Shown in pieces: positions 48,961-60,711 of a stretch of DNA of 64,000 bases (position 1 is the stretch's first letter; every line of letters starts with the position of its first letter). The DNA comes from Takakia lepidozioides (lineage: Eukaryota; Plantae; Bryophyta), in the NCBI GenBank assembly GCA_030704615.1, contig CM060732.1:73284001-73348000 (forward strand). Direction: 5' to 3'. Made by a program: the position numbers and the translations under genes. Below the pieces are notes generated by a model, which was given only the letters and a program-made list of their open reading frames with translations, made no database searches and was not told the DNA's origin.

Positions 48961-51900
48961 AGGTCACTTCCAAATATTACCACTTGACCAGATGCATCCA
49001 CAAAGCTCTAGAATAACCTCAAACAAGTATAGGTCAGGCTGTATATAACGGGCTGCATATAAGTGGGCAGCTCCTGCAGGTGGTGCTATAGTTGTTCCAA
49101 ATGTCACTCTACACCCTGGCTCTGAGAAAATAAAATTTAGAATACATTTAGAAATACTATAGGGTACCAATATATTGGCGACACCACATTTAAATTAAAA
49201 TATGGTCCAAAATAAAGACGTATTTTCAAAAAAAATTAAAACTAATATAGGGTGGAGAGAAATTAAAGGGACACGTGACATTCAGTGACACGCAGTTCGG
49301 GACACGCAGCGGAGAGGGCGTAGGCGCATGTACACAACAACCCTAAGCTTCCCTCTCTCCTGTCGGCTACAATTCGTGGCGGCATTGTGCTAGACAGGCA
49401 GAGAGAAAGGGTGGTGCGCTCAATGGTACAAGCGTTGTGGCCCACAGGTTTTGAAGCTTGCAGGGCGTGACAATGAAGAAGCGTAGATTGAGAGGGGAAT
49501 GATGGCAACCCCATAATGTTTTTTTTCTTAATTTTCAGGTTAATATAGGGTGTCCAATATTTGTTACCTGCTATAAAATATAAATAATATAGCATGCAAG
49601 AAAATATGCCATATTACAACATTATGTAATAATAGGGTGGCCAAAAATTCAGAAAATAAAATTAATACCCCCATAGAAAATGCTTGTTTGCCTCACGTGC
49701 CTGGGAAACTAGATAGGGAATGACCTCCCCGAGCATAAAGGGAAAGGCATAAGGGTGTTGTATGATGTGTGCTAATGGGATGATTACATGTAGGGGACGT
49801 GAGGTATTTCATCCTAGAAAATGCATTATTTTTTTATCATCCCGCGATTGAGAGCACAGTACCAAAGCCCCGAATTGGCCAGATTTATGAGATGGCACGC
49901 CTCGCATTGGAGCCCCCCGGGAAAGGTGTGCGGGCCACAAGATTCACAAGCATGGAGGCATATTGAAGAGATGCGACCTTTTCTCTTGGAAGACCTACGA
50001 CATGTCCACCTCGGCTTCTCCTCGGATGGGGTCAACCTGGCATTCTCTGTCCAGTCATGTAGTCATTCCACTTGGCCAGTGACCATGGAAAATTACAACA
50101 TCCCTCCGTATCTTTCAATTTAAAAAGACCATATCATGTTGGCTGCCATTGTGCCAGGTGAGTGTTCTCATTTCATGTTTATTATTGCCTTGGACTTTAC
50201 ATTAAACTTCTGATCTCTGATGCAATTTGGATGCAAGATTCATGAATGAGATAATCATGGAGTAAGACGTGTAATTCATTTTGTAGTATAATTTGCATAA
50301 TGGTGGAGCATTGAAACAATGATGTGAATGTCTCATAGGGAAAAAACAAGTGGCAAATATGGACACGTACTTGCGACCTCTTGTTGATGAACTTAAGGAG
50401 CTATGGAGGGGGGTCCCGGCATTGGATGCTTCACTTGACCCTATGGCCGGACAATCTTTTCAGATGAGAGGCATCTTGCTTTGGACAATGCATGATTATC
50501 CATGTATATTATGTTCCCTATAAACAACCCGCGTACATTCACTTGTCAATGCCGGATAATATCGATGAGGATTGGGATTGATTGAAGTAGCGGCGATAGT
50601 CTTGTGCACCGTAATGGGATAGATGGCATTATGGGCCATGCACATGACAACTTTTTGTCTTTGCTAATATGGCGGGATATATAGTACATGACTAACTGTT
50701 TGCTCGAGACTAAGCACCAAAGGGTAACATGCATGTTTGCATTGTGGCGATGATCTTGATGCACATAGCTTCCGTCATCTTCACAAGATGGTGTATCCCA
50801 ACTACCGCATGTTTCTTCCTATGATCCATCGATGGAGGAGAAGGAAGAAACACTTGTTTGATGGCAAAGAGGAAGTACATCCCCTCCCTATGACACCATC
50901 CGGGCAGTTTTGGGAGGACCGATGGAAGGAGGCCCATGCGGGCACGGACGGTGAAGTGGACGTGCCTGACATGAAGCGACTTTCAATCTTCTACGAGTTG
51001 TCATATTGGGTGGTATATATTCCACAAAAACACCGTCAATATCCTTATGCATGCATGTGATATTGCACATTTGGTATGCGTTGCATTGTCACTTTCACGT
51101 CAAAAAATTTGTGTAAGTATTTGTGGGTGGGGATATATGTAGGACCTGAAGATTCGCTATCTTCCAGATCCCATGTATATTGAAAAGAATGTCTGCTCGT
51201 CCCTTTTTTGGGTTCTTCATGGCGCGCCAGCAAAGAAGGGAGTGGCTGCAAAAAGATATTCTCTCGGTATAAGAAAAGAGCTTGAGGAGCAGGGTCGCAT
51301 GCGCCATCTATGGGCCGAACAAAATGGTATGGACCCAAAGGGTATTGTACGGTGGAAGTATAGGCGCGTACCTTGGCAATGGATAAAGGAGGAATACGAG
51401 AAAGTGATAGCCACCATGTGCTGTCCGAACACCAACTGGTTATGGGTCATCCCTCTATACGAAGTTCAACGAAGAAGATGGGGACCATGGTTTGAAGTCT
51501 CATGACTACCACAATCTATTGCAAGACATCTTGCCCATTGCAGTACGTGGGACATTGACTCCCGAGGGTCGTGAGACAATCTATAGATTGGGAGGCTTGT
51601 TCCGGTGGATTTGCTCCAAAGAGTTGGAGAAAGCGGATTTTTCACGCATGAAGAAGGAGGCGGCGGAGGTAATGTGTATGTTGGAGATGCACCTTCCTCT
51701 TTCTTTCTTTGACATCCAAGTGCACTTGGTAGTGCACTTAGTGGAAGAGGCTTTGATTGTCGGCCCCGTTCATTCTCGGTGGATGTACTTCCTTGAGCGT
51801 TATATGAAGACTTTGAAAAGATTTGTAAGACAAATGGCGCACCCGGAGGATAGCATGGCGGAGGGGTATACGTTGCAAGAAACTATGTTCTGTTGCACAG

Positions 51901-52565
51901 AGTACATGGCAAGGGTGGATGAGGAAGCCCATCGGATGTGGAAGGAAGAGGAGAATGCACGAACCAAAGACATTGTTTTGCCCAGAAAATCGAAGAGGGT
52001 AAAATTGCCGACCTTGGTGTTTGAGCAAGCGCATGACTTCATACTGAAGAACACCCCATTGGGAGACAAAATACAATAACCTTGTTCAGCAACGAGAGAA
52101 TGAGACGTTTGCATGGAGGTGGAACCATCCAAGGCCGGGTACTAGACGCTCACGACGAGGAGCGGGTCGCCGGAATGTTCATTCACAAAATTTGCCCATG
52201 GAATTGCAGCCTCTAAGTTCATTCCAACAATGGCTTCGGACTTCAGTTTATGATGTCGTTGCTCAAGAAGAGATGGTTTCAGATTTGGTGCAAGACATTG
52301 CAAGGGGCCCCTCTCAATTTGCGATCTCATACACGGCGGTTTGGATGAATTCACGGTCGTTATTTCCGCATTCGTGCTCTTGACATGAAGCGCAAAACAA
52401 CATTTGATTCTGGCTTGTGTGCCACATATTAGCAAGACTCCGTGTGGGACAAGGGAGATACACGACCTACTATGAGCAAACTTGAGTACATTGGAGTGCT
52501 TGAGAGCATACTCCAACTTCAGTATACAAGGTACCGGCCTCTTCTCTTCAAAGGAAGGTGGTTCC

Positions 52566-53227
52566 TGTCACGGACATAGCCCAGAGGGACTGACCAGGAG
52601 TAAATACTAGAAGTTATCAAGTTACCATGTTATCCGAAGTTACCATGATTTACCGTGATTTACCATGATCTACCATGATTTACCATTACTTACCAAATTA
52701 CCGGGAGTTTACCAAATTATCAAGAGTAACTTGGGAAACTACTCAGGAAGCTTCATTTGGAGGAAACTTCTCCATCAAGATACCTCTTTTGTTTAAGGAA
52801 GCTTCTCCATCAAGAAACCTTTGTTTAATCTTGGAAACTTCTCCAGCAAGAAACATCCATAGGGGAAGCTTCTTGGGGAAGCTTCTTAGTAACCAGTATA
52901 TATAGGAGGCGAGACTGGACACTCTTCAGTCTCGCCAACACAAGTTCAAGCTACTCTTGTTCCAAATCCAGTACTCCAGTCGAGTACTCCAGTCCAGTTT
53001 CCAGTATCCAGTCCAGTTTCCAGTATCTGGTATTCCAGTCCAGTTTCCAACATTCCAATATCCGAGTCGAGTTCCAGTATTTTGTACTTTTGTCCATTGT
53101 TATAAAGATCATCTTGATTCATGTTCACCTACCATGCATTCGGCCACGCCGACCTTGACTTCTTGTCTAGTCTTGTACCTTTAGTCTGATCTCTTGTTTG
53201 TGTTCTGTCATGTTCTCGTCCTTGACA
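52566..53227 (+). repeat. 5' LTR (662 bp)
   Basis: Direct repeat of 58373-59028. TATA at 52897-52904, TTACCA-type repeats upstream of it and CCAGT-type repeats downstream. Confidence 0.96.
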
Positions 53228-53319
53228 GTTTGGCGAGACTAAAGTTTTTTTTTTAGTAAGAAAAGATGGAAGGCACATTTACGGAAATGGTCACCACATT
53301 GTAGAGTCTTCAACTCCAG

Positions 53320-54291
53320 ATGCAAGAACTTCGTACATCTACCGCCCAATTGCAAGCTGATCAGTCTCAAGATCTTGGCAACGCTCTCCATAATTTGCAA
53401 CAACAAATTTCAGGGTTAAAAGAATCGAACAATGGATCTTCAACCATACGAGTCTCTACTGCAACAGCTCATACTGCAACGGTTCCTCTTCAACAGATTA
53501 CGAGAGAACCAAAGATTAGTATGCCCGAGAAATTTGACAGGACGAGATCAAGATTTGGCGGTTTTGTTCAACAAGTACGACTATTCCTACGACTACATCC
53601 ACAACACTATCCCGATGAAGGTATTCAAGTAGGATTTGTGGGCACCTTTCTTTCAGGCACTGCCCTATCTTGGTTTGCAGTGCTAAAAAATTCGCATTTA
53701 CTATACAATTTTGAAGCATTCATGTCCGAGTTCACTGCAACGTTTGGAGAAAATGATAGAGAGAGAGTTGCAGAAACAAAGATGCGAAATCTTCGACAAG
53801 GAGCACGTCCTGCTTTCGTTTATCTTCGACAACTTGTGTGCGACCTCGATTGGAATGAGAAGAGCCTCATTAGTCAATTTCGATGTGGACTAAAAGATGA
53901 TGTAAAAGATTTGTTGCTGACAATGCTAAACGTGAGCACACTGAGTGAATTCATCACTCAAGTCATTACATGCGATAATCGTTTATTCGAAAGACGTCAA
54001 GAGAAGCGATCTGGATGGTCTACGACGCATCATGTCACTGCTACTACGACACCAAACACAACGATCCATCAGACATCCAGTAGTGATCATATGCAGATTG
54101 ATGTTGTCCGATTCAAGCCATTGACGCCACAAGAAAAACATAGACGACGCTCGAATGGTTTATGCCTTTATTGCGGAGAAGAAGATCGCATAGAATTAAA
54201 CTGCCCCAACAAGAGAAGATTCAAAGTTCGGGGCACAACTCAAGTGTTCGATACGAGGAGGTCGGAAAACGAAGATGTCCAGTCACAGTAG
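53320..54291 (+). CDS. Retrotransposon Gag (capsid plus degenerate zinc knuckle)
   Basis: PKISMPEKFD..RS.F..F..Q, LSGTALSW, LRQG, F..GLKDDVKD, MQID and RRSNGLCLYCG. An upstream in-frame ATG is cut off by a stop. Confidence 0.85.
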   Translation: MQELRTSTAQLQADQSQDLGNALHNLQQQISGLKESNNGSSTIRVSTATAHTATVPLQQITREPKISMPEKFDRTRSRFGGFVQQVRLFLRLHPQHYPDEGIQVGFVGTFLSGTALSWFAVLKNSHLLYNFEAFMSEFTATFGENDRERVAETKMRNLRQGARPAFVYLRQLVCDLDWNEKSLISQFRCGLKDDVKDLLLTMLNVSTLSEFITQVITCDNRLFERRQEKRSGWSTTHHVTATTTPNTTIHQTSSSDHMQIDVVRFKPLTPQEKHRRRSNGLCLYCGEEDRIELNCPNKRRFKVRGTTQVFDTRRSENEDVQSQ

Positions 54292-57200
54292 GGACCATGC
54301 GGCTGGACATCACAAATTCCTTACCGAAAAAATTTCTCTTTTTACCTCCAGACCCTGCACCTTGCTTTACAGTTCCGGTAAAATCAGAGTGCAAAATCGA
54401 GATATCACTGTAGAAGCACTTTTGGACTCAGGAGCTTTAGCTTGTTTTATGGACAAAAACTTTGCGAAACAAAATAATTTAACGCTCGTAAAGAAGAAAC
54501 TCTCGGCCCCCGTTGAAGTCATCGATGGACGACCATTAGCATCAGGAAATGTGGACCATGAAACTCGACCATTTGAAGTGAAGCTTAAAGATCAAGCATC
54601 ACATATTGTTTTCAATGTCATCCAGTCTCCAACGAATCATGTGATCCTTGGACTTCTCTAGTTCGTACTTCACAATCCCGACATCGACTGACGATCGTGA
54701 AAAATTTCTACAAGACAAAAATATAGAAATATCAAAGGTATTCAACCCCTATTCCTTGGAGCTAGAGCTTTCATGAGAGCTACCAAAAAGGAGGCGGCAT
54801 TTGCACTTTATGCGACTCCGATCAAGACCACAACAGACAAATGTACTTCAACATTACCCGCTCAATATCAAGATTTCAAATATGTCTTCGAGAAGAAAAA
54901 TGCCGACATATTGCCAGAACATTGACCTTATGATTGTGCAATTGAGTTACAAAAATGAGCCCAACCACCATTCGGCCCAATCTATAACTTATCCCAGACG
55001 GAGTTGGCTGCATTACGTGAATACATTGATGAAAATTTGTCGAAGCACTTCATCTGACATTCAAAATCACCCGCGGGGGCACCTATCTTGTTTGTGAAAA
55101 AGAATGACGGATCAGTATGCATGTGTGTCGATTATCGCGGTCTCAACAAAGTCACAATCAAGAATCGTTATCCGTTGCCGCTGATTTCTAGGCTTCTCGA
55201 CCATCAGGGACGAGCGAAGATTTTCACCAAAATCGACTTGAGATGAGCTTATAACCTTGTACGGATAAAAGAAGGAGACGAATGGAAAATAGCTTTTCGA
55301 ACAATGTATGGACATTTTGAATACAGTGTTATGCCTTTCGGTCTTATAAATGCTTCAACAATTTTCTAACATATGATGAAAGACATCTTTCGAGAATTTT
55401 TAGATGACTTTGTAGTCATTTATTTGGACGATATTTTGATATTTTCACAGAATGAAGAAGAACATGGCCGCCATGTACGTCTTGTCCTTGATAAATTAAG
55501 AGAAAAAAGATTATATGCCAAGTTGGAGAAATGTCTTTTCCATCAATCTGAGGTCGAATTTCTGGGCTACATTATTTCCGACAAAGGCGTCTTTATGGAT
55601 CAGAAGAAAATACAAACCATCATCGAGTGGATTAAACCAACTTCGGTCCGAGATGTACAATGTTTTCTGGGCTTTGCAGATTTCTATAGAATCTTCATCA
55701 ATGACTACTCCAAAATTGCTGCACCATTGACACGACTCACCGGGAAGAACAAATTTGTATGGGATGAGAAGGTTGACCAGGCATTTGAAAGGCTGAAGCA
55801 GGCATTTACAACGGCTCCCATACTGGTACATGCAGACCCATCTAAACCATTCTTCTTAGAAGCAGATGCATCGGACTTTGCACTTGGCGGGGTACTCTCT
55901 CAATACGGTATAGATGGCTGACTCGTTCTCGCAAATTTTCCGCTGCGGAGATCAATTATGAAATCCATGACAAAGAACTTCTAGCGATTATCGATGCTTT
56001 TGAGGAGTAGCGACATCTATTGGAGGGAACTAAACATCAGGTCACTGTCTATACCAATCACAAAAACCTCGAATATTTTATGAGTGCTTGTGTTTTGAAT
56101 CGACGTCAAGCGAGATGGAGTATGTCACTGGCAATGTTTGATTTTGTTATTACCTACCGTCCCTGACATCTTCAAGGAAAACCAGATGCTCTCTCTCGGC
56201 GATCGTATCTTGCGCCAAAAGAAGAGGATGCACCTTTTGACCAACAAAAATTCATCATCCTGAAACCAGCAAATCTCCAATTGAATATGCTATCCATGTC
56301 CACCTATGACGATGCAGAGATCATAAAGGAGATTCAGGAAGCACTGAAGAGCGACCATTTTGCTACGACACTACGGAGTCAACTAAATCAATCTCAGGAC
56401 AACCCACATGTTACAACAACTTCGAATTCAAAGATGACTTACTTTACTTCAAGGGACTTCTCTATGTACCTCCAGGACCTACACGACTTCGAATTCTTCA
56501 AACATGTCATGATCTTCCGGCTACGGGACATTTCGGCTTCAACAAAACATTGGAGTTGATATCCAGGGACTATTGGTGGCCGAAGATGTGGAAACTCGTG
56601 AAAGAATTTATAAAATCCTGCGACACGTGTGCTAGAGCGAAGGGACCACGACATCGACCTTACAGCCTTCTTCAACCATTACCCATTCCCAAGAGTCCAT
56701 GGTCGTCCGTGTCTATGGACTTTATTACGGACCTTCCAATTTCCAAGACCACCGATTCAATCATTGTTATTGTAGATCGTTTTACGAAGATGACACATTT
56801 CATTCCATGTAATAAGATGGTTACCGGCGAGGAAACTGCAAGACTCTTCCTCAATAATATGTATCGCAGTCATGGACTCCCGAAGGACATCGTATCTGAT
56901 CGAAGACCACAGTTCCTATCAAATTTCTGGAGGGGATTATTTCACATATTGGATACTAAGATCAACCTCTCTACAGCTAATCATCCACAGACTGATGGTC
57001 AAACCGAACGTGTAAACCAGATTTTAGAGCAGTATCTTCGTTGTACGATAAATTATCACCAAGATAATTGGAAGGACCTTTTGTCATTGGCTGAGTTTGC
57101 CTACAACAACACTATACATTCTTCGACCAAGCAAACTCCATTTTTCTCCATGGTCATCATCCTCGAGCAAACCCTTTCCACATGAAAACTGTTGGAAGCC

Positions 57201-57769
57201 CTGCTGCAGAAAACCTTGCTACTCATTTTGCTACGATTCACAAGGAGCTTACATCTCACCTCGCAGAAGCTCAAAAACAATACAAGGAGTATACAGATCA
57301 ACGTCGCCAACTCCAACCCCATTTCAAGATCAGAGATCGTGTGTGGCTTCTTCGACGAGACATACAAACCTCGCGACCATCAAGGAAGTTGGATTATCAA
57401 CGCCTAGGATCATTCAAAATTATTCGACAAACAAATCCGGTCAGTTTTCGGCTCGAACTCCCACGAAGTATGCGCATCCATTCAGTCTTTCATGTTTTAT
57501 TATTGGAGTTATATCATCCATCGAATATTCCAGGGAGAGTTTCCGTACCACCTCCACCAATCGAAATCAATCAGGAAATTGAGTATGAAGTCGACGAAGT
57601 CCTAGACTCTCGCATCAAGTATAAACGTCTTGAGTATTTCGTATATTGGAAAGGCTACGACATCAGCGAACGGACGTGGGAACCTTCATCCAACCTTGCC
57701 AATGCCTCTGACAAAGTCCAAGAGTTTCATCAACGATATCCAGCTAAGCCCCGAGCTACACATCAATGA
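54270..57769 (+). pseudogene. Pol (protease, RT, RNase H, integrase, chromodomain), broken by stops and frameshifts
   Basis: LLDSGA; YLDDILIFS; EADASDFALGGVL; WSSVSMDFITDLP, IVSDR and HPQTDGQTER; chromodomain EYEVDEVLDSR....LEYFVYWKGY...ERTWEP. Confidence 0.93.
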
Positions 57770-58317
57770 GACGTCACAATGATGATGTCAGCCAAGTTAG
57801 CTTCAAGGAGAAGACTCCACATTCAATGTACTTGATATACGCTAAGGAGGGAGGAACACCACACATCAGTATATATAGCTACACTTCCAGCACTATTGCA
57901 TCTTGTATTGGCAGCATGGAGTCACAAGAACCAGATACATTGAAGTTGTCGCTTACCCAACTACCAGATCAGCCATTCCGACTCTCACGACCTTCAACAT
58001 CACGCCGACGCTCTCGAGACGATGGGCCACCAATGCGATGCGTACTTCCTCGTCTAGACCCCGTACGACGGCAAGTGGAGCCTACTCGAAGTCTGATAAT
58101 TCTGTTGGAGGTTGAGGCTTCGGACCCAGAGGGCAACGAAATCATGTTTGAAGGCAGCTTCGAAAATCAGAATGCTCAAATCACTGCGTGGTCCCAAGTT
58201 CAAGGTGTTGGACACTATCGATTGTTGCAGGGACCTATAAATCATTTGAGTCAAGAACGAAGAGCCGAATACTTGGCAAGTACCATTAGCCGGATTTTGG
58301 ATTTTCTCCAACTCTAA
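57766..58317 (+). CDS. Extra ORF (ORF3) between pol and the 3' LTR, unknown function; 183 aa, or 133 aa from the ATG at 57916
   Basis: Uninterrupted ORF. The first ATG overlaps the pol stop (ATGA). The second ATG has a strong context (GCAGCATGG) and lies 46 nt after a TATA box. Confidence 0.6.
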   Translation: MRRHNDDVSQVSFKEKTPHSMYLIYAKEGGTPHISIYSYTSSTIASCIGSMESQEPDTLKLSLTQLPDQPFRLSRPSTSRRRSRDDGPPMRCVLPRLDPVRRQVEPTRSLIILLEVEASDPEGNEIMFEGSFENQNAQITAWSQVQGVGHYRLLQGPINHLSQERRAEYLASTISRILDFLQL

Positions 58318-58372
58318 GCAAGTCCAAGATTTTACCGCTCCTCGAGGAACTCGGCGCTAGAGGAGGGGGTGA

Positions 58373-59028
58373 TGTCACGGACATAGCCTAGAGGAACTTA
58401 TCAGGAGTAAATACCAGAGTTACCAAGTTACCAAGTTACCAAGTTATCCGAAGTTATCATGACTTACCGTGATTTACCATGATCTATGATGATTTACCAT
58501 TACTTACCAAATTACCGGGAGTTTACCAAATTACCAAGAGTAATTTGGGAAACTACTCAGAAAGCTTCTTTTGGATGAAACTTCTCCATCAAGATACCTC
58601 TTTTGTTTAAGGAAGCTTCTCCATCAAAAAACTTTTGTTTAATCTTGGAAACTTCTCCAACAAAAAATCTCCATAGGGGAAGCTTCTTGGGGAAGCTTCT
58701 TAGTAGCCAGTATATATAGGAGGCGAGACTGGACACTCTTCAGTCTCGCCAACACAAGTTCAAGCTACTTTTGTTCCAAGTCCAGTACTCCAGTCCAGCT
58801 TCCAGTATCCAGTCCAGTTTCCAGTATCTGGTATTCCAGTCCAGTTTCCAACATTCCAATATCCGAGTCGAGTTCCAGTATTTTATACTTTTGTCCATTG
58901 TTATAAAGATCATCTTGATTCATGTTCACCTACCATGCATTCGGCCACGCCGACCTTGACTTCTTGTCTAGTCTTGTACCTTTAGTCTGATCTCTTGTTT
59001 GTGTTCTGTCATGTTCTCGTCCTTGACA
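58373..59028 (+). repeat. 3' LTR (656 bp)
   Basis: Direct repeat of 52566-53227, preceded by the PPT. Confidence 0.96.
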
Positions 59029-59501
59029 GTTCCAGCCACATCTTATGGGGCTCTCCGTAACACTCGTGCAAGATGATTGTGGTTTCATGCGCGTCAATGC
59101 AAATATGCTCAATCCTACTCATCGTCCCTCCGATGAGCCTTTTTCACGGCATTCAAACATGGAGCAAATTTTCTTCTCCGATGACCAAACAAGAGGAGGG
59201 AATTGGAAGGTGGTTGTGCATGCTCAGCCATAGGAAGACGTATCTATCATGGTCTGAAATCTCCATGGGGTGAGGCAATTGCGATGGACGGAGAGATTGG
59301 TCATAATGATGCTGATGATGGAGGTTGGGTAAAGGGGGTAGAAGAGGATGATGGAGTCCCGGACCCTATATGATGAAGCTCCAGAAGATACGGATGTTGG
59401 AGAAGGAGACGAAGACACAGCCATTGACAACGAGGTGGATGATGATTCGGAGGTGTTTTTTGAGGGCCGGGCCATTTATGACGATGACTCCGATGACTAA
59501 G

Positions 59502-60711
59502 CACTACAGCAGTTGGGGGGGGGTCTGCGACGTCAGCCGCGCCCCCACGCCCCGCGCGGCGCTGAGCCTACAACGCCGAGCCCGCGGCGTTTTTTTGCGA
59601 CACTCCGACGTCCCAATCCCCCGCTGCGACACCGTTACGACGCCCAGCCGTCGTAAGGTGGCATGAAGGGGGAAAGATGGCCCTCGCTGTGACGGATTTT
59701 TTTTCTTGCGACACTCCGGCATCGGAAATTTATTATTAAAAAATAAAAAATAAAAAATAAAAAAACGTTGCGACGCCGAGCAGCATCACTAAGGGCGCCC
59801 CAGCGCCTCTGCGACGCTAGGGCGTTGCAACAGCATCACCATAGTGAGAGTTTTTTTTTTTTTTTTTTGGCTTTGCGGCCCTCAACTTTACAAAAGCGTC
59901 GCTGGGGGCGCCCCGCGCTGGGACGCCCAACGTTGCAACACCAGGGGGTCGCAACGGCGTCGCCACAGGGGGTTGCAATGGTGTTGTGGTCAGCTTAGGT
60001 CATTACAAGGACGTCGCTTGGGGCGCCTGACGGTGGGGGGGTGCAACAACGGCGACGATGCTGGGGCTGGGGCGGGGCATTAAGGCTGTGGAGGTTGCAA
60101 CTTCCCGGCGTCACAAAAGAAACCCCCTTAGAAGAAACTTGAAGGCTCTTGAAAGAAATCTTTATATGTGTATATATATATATTTAGATTGCTTTTGTGA
60201 TATATAGATATAGCGTAGGTGTGTTGGTTAGTTTGTAGTGTCTTAGAAATGTTATAACGTGGAGGTCTTAGGTTCAAGTATGCATTACATGATATATGTA
60301 GAACAATGAACATATCGCCATTAGACAGAACCGGAGTCAATGGTCAACGCCGGAGTCAATGGTCAACAAGTTTTTGAAATTCAAATTTCAAATTCAAATT
60401 TTCCCGCCTAAATTCAAATGCACCCCTTTAAATTATGACGTCCGGGCGTCGCACTTTGTGACTCCCGGACGGTGTTAATTCTGCATTGCAGAGTAGGGTT
60501 TTTATTTTTATTTTTATTTTTAGTCCGACGCCCGGGCGTCGCAAATCGCGGTTTCGCCTATTTGCGACCCCCATTGGTCGCAAATTTGCGACGTTTTTTT
60601 TACGACGGGCTTGCGACGCTCGAACGTCGCAAATTTGGATATTTTCCCCTACCCGAAAATGACTGTTTTACGACGCCGCGGCGTCGGAAAACCCCCCTTT
60701 TTCTTGTAGTG
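59502..60711 (-). mobile_element. Non-autonomous CACTA element (1210 bp) nested in the acidic tail of the host CACTA transposase, in inverted orientation
   Basis: CACTACA...TGTAGTG termini with a 3-bp TSD AAG (59499-59501, 60712-60714) and TGCGACG-type subterminal repeats. Its left end matches the reverse complement of the host end at 61681. Confidence 0.92.

Larger units (their letters stand above)
52566..59028 (+). mobile_element. Full-length Ty3/gypsy chromovirus (Tcn1/Tf1-sushi-like), 6463 bp, with decayed pol
   Basis: LTRs 52566-53227 and 58373-59028 (TGTCA...TGACA). TSD GTTCC at 52561-52565 and 59029-59033. PPT AGAGGAGGGGGTGA at 58359-58372. Domain order gag-PR-RT-RH-IN-chromodomain. 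Confidence 0.97.

Noticed and set aside
45700-49818. Left terminus of the large CACTA element, which would make the captured exons Pack-CACTA cargo
   Set aside because: No CACTAC(A) end, TTG TSD or TGCGACG subterminal repeats were seen, so the carrier of the fragments remains unassigned.
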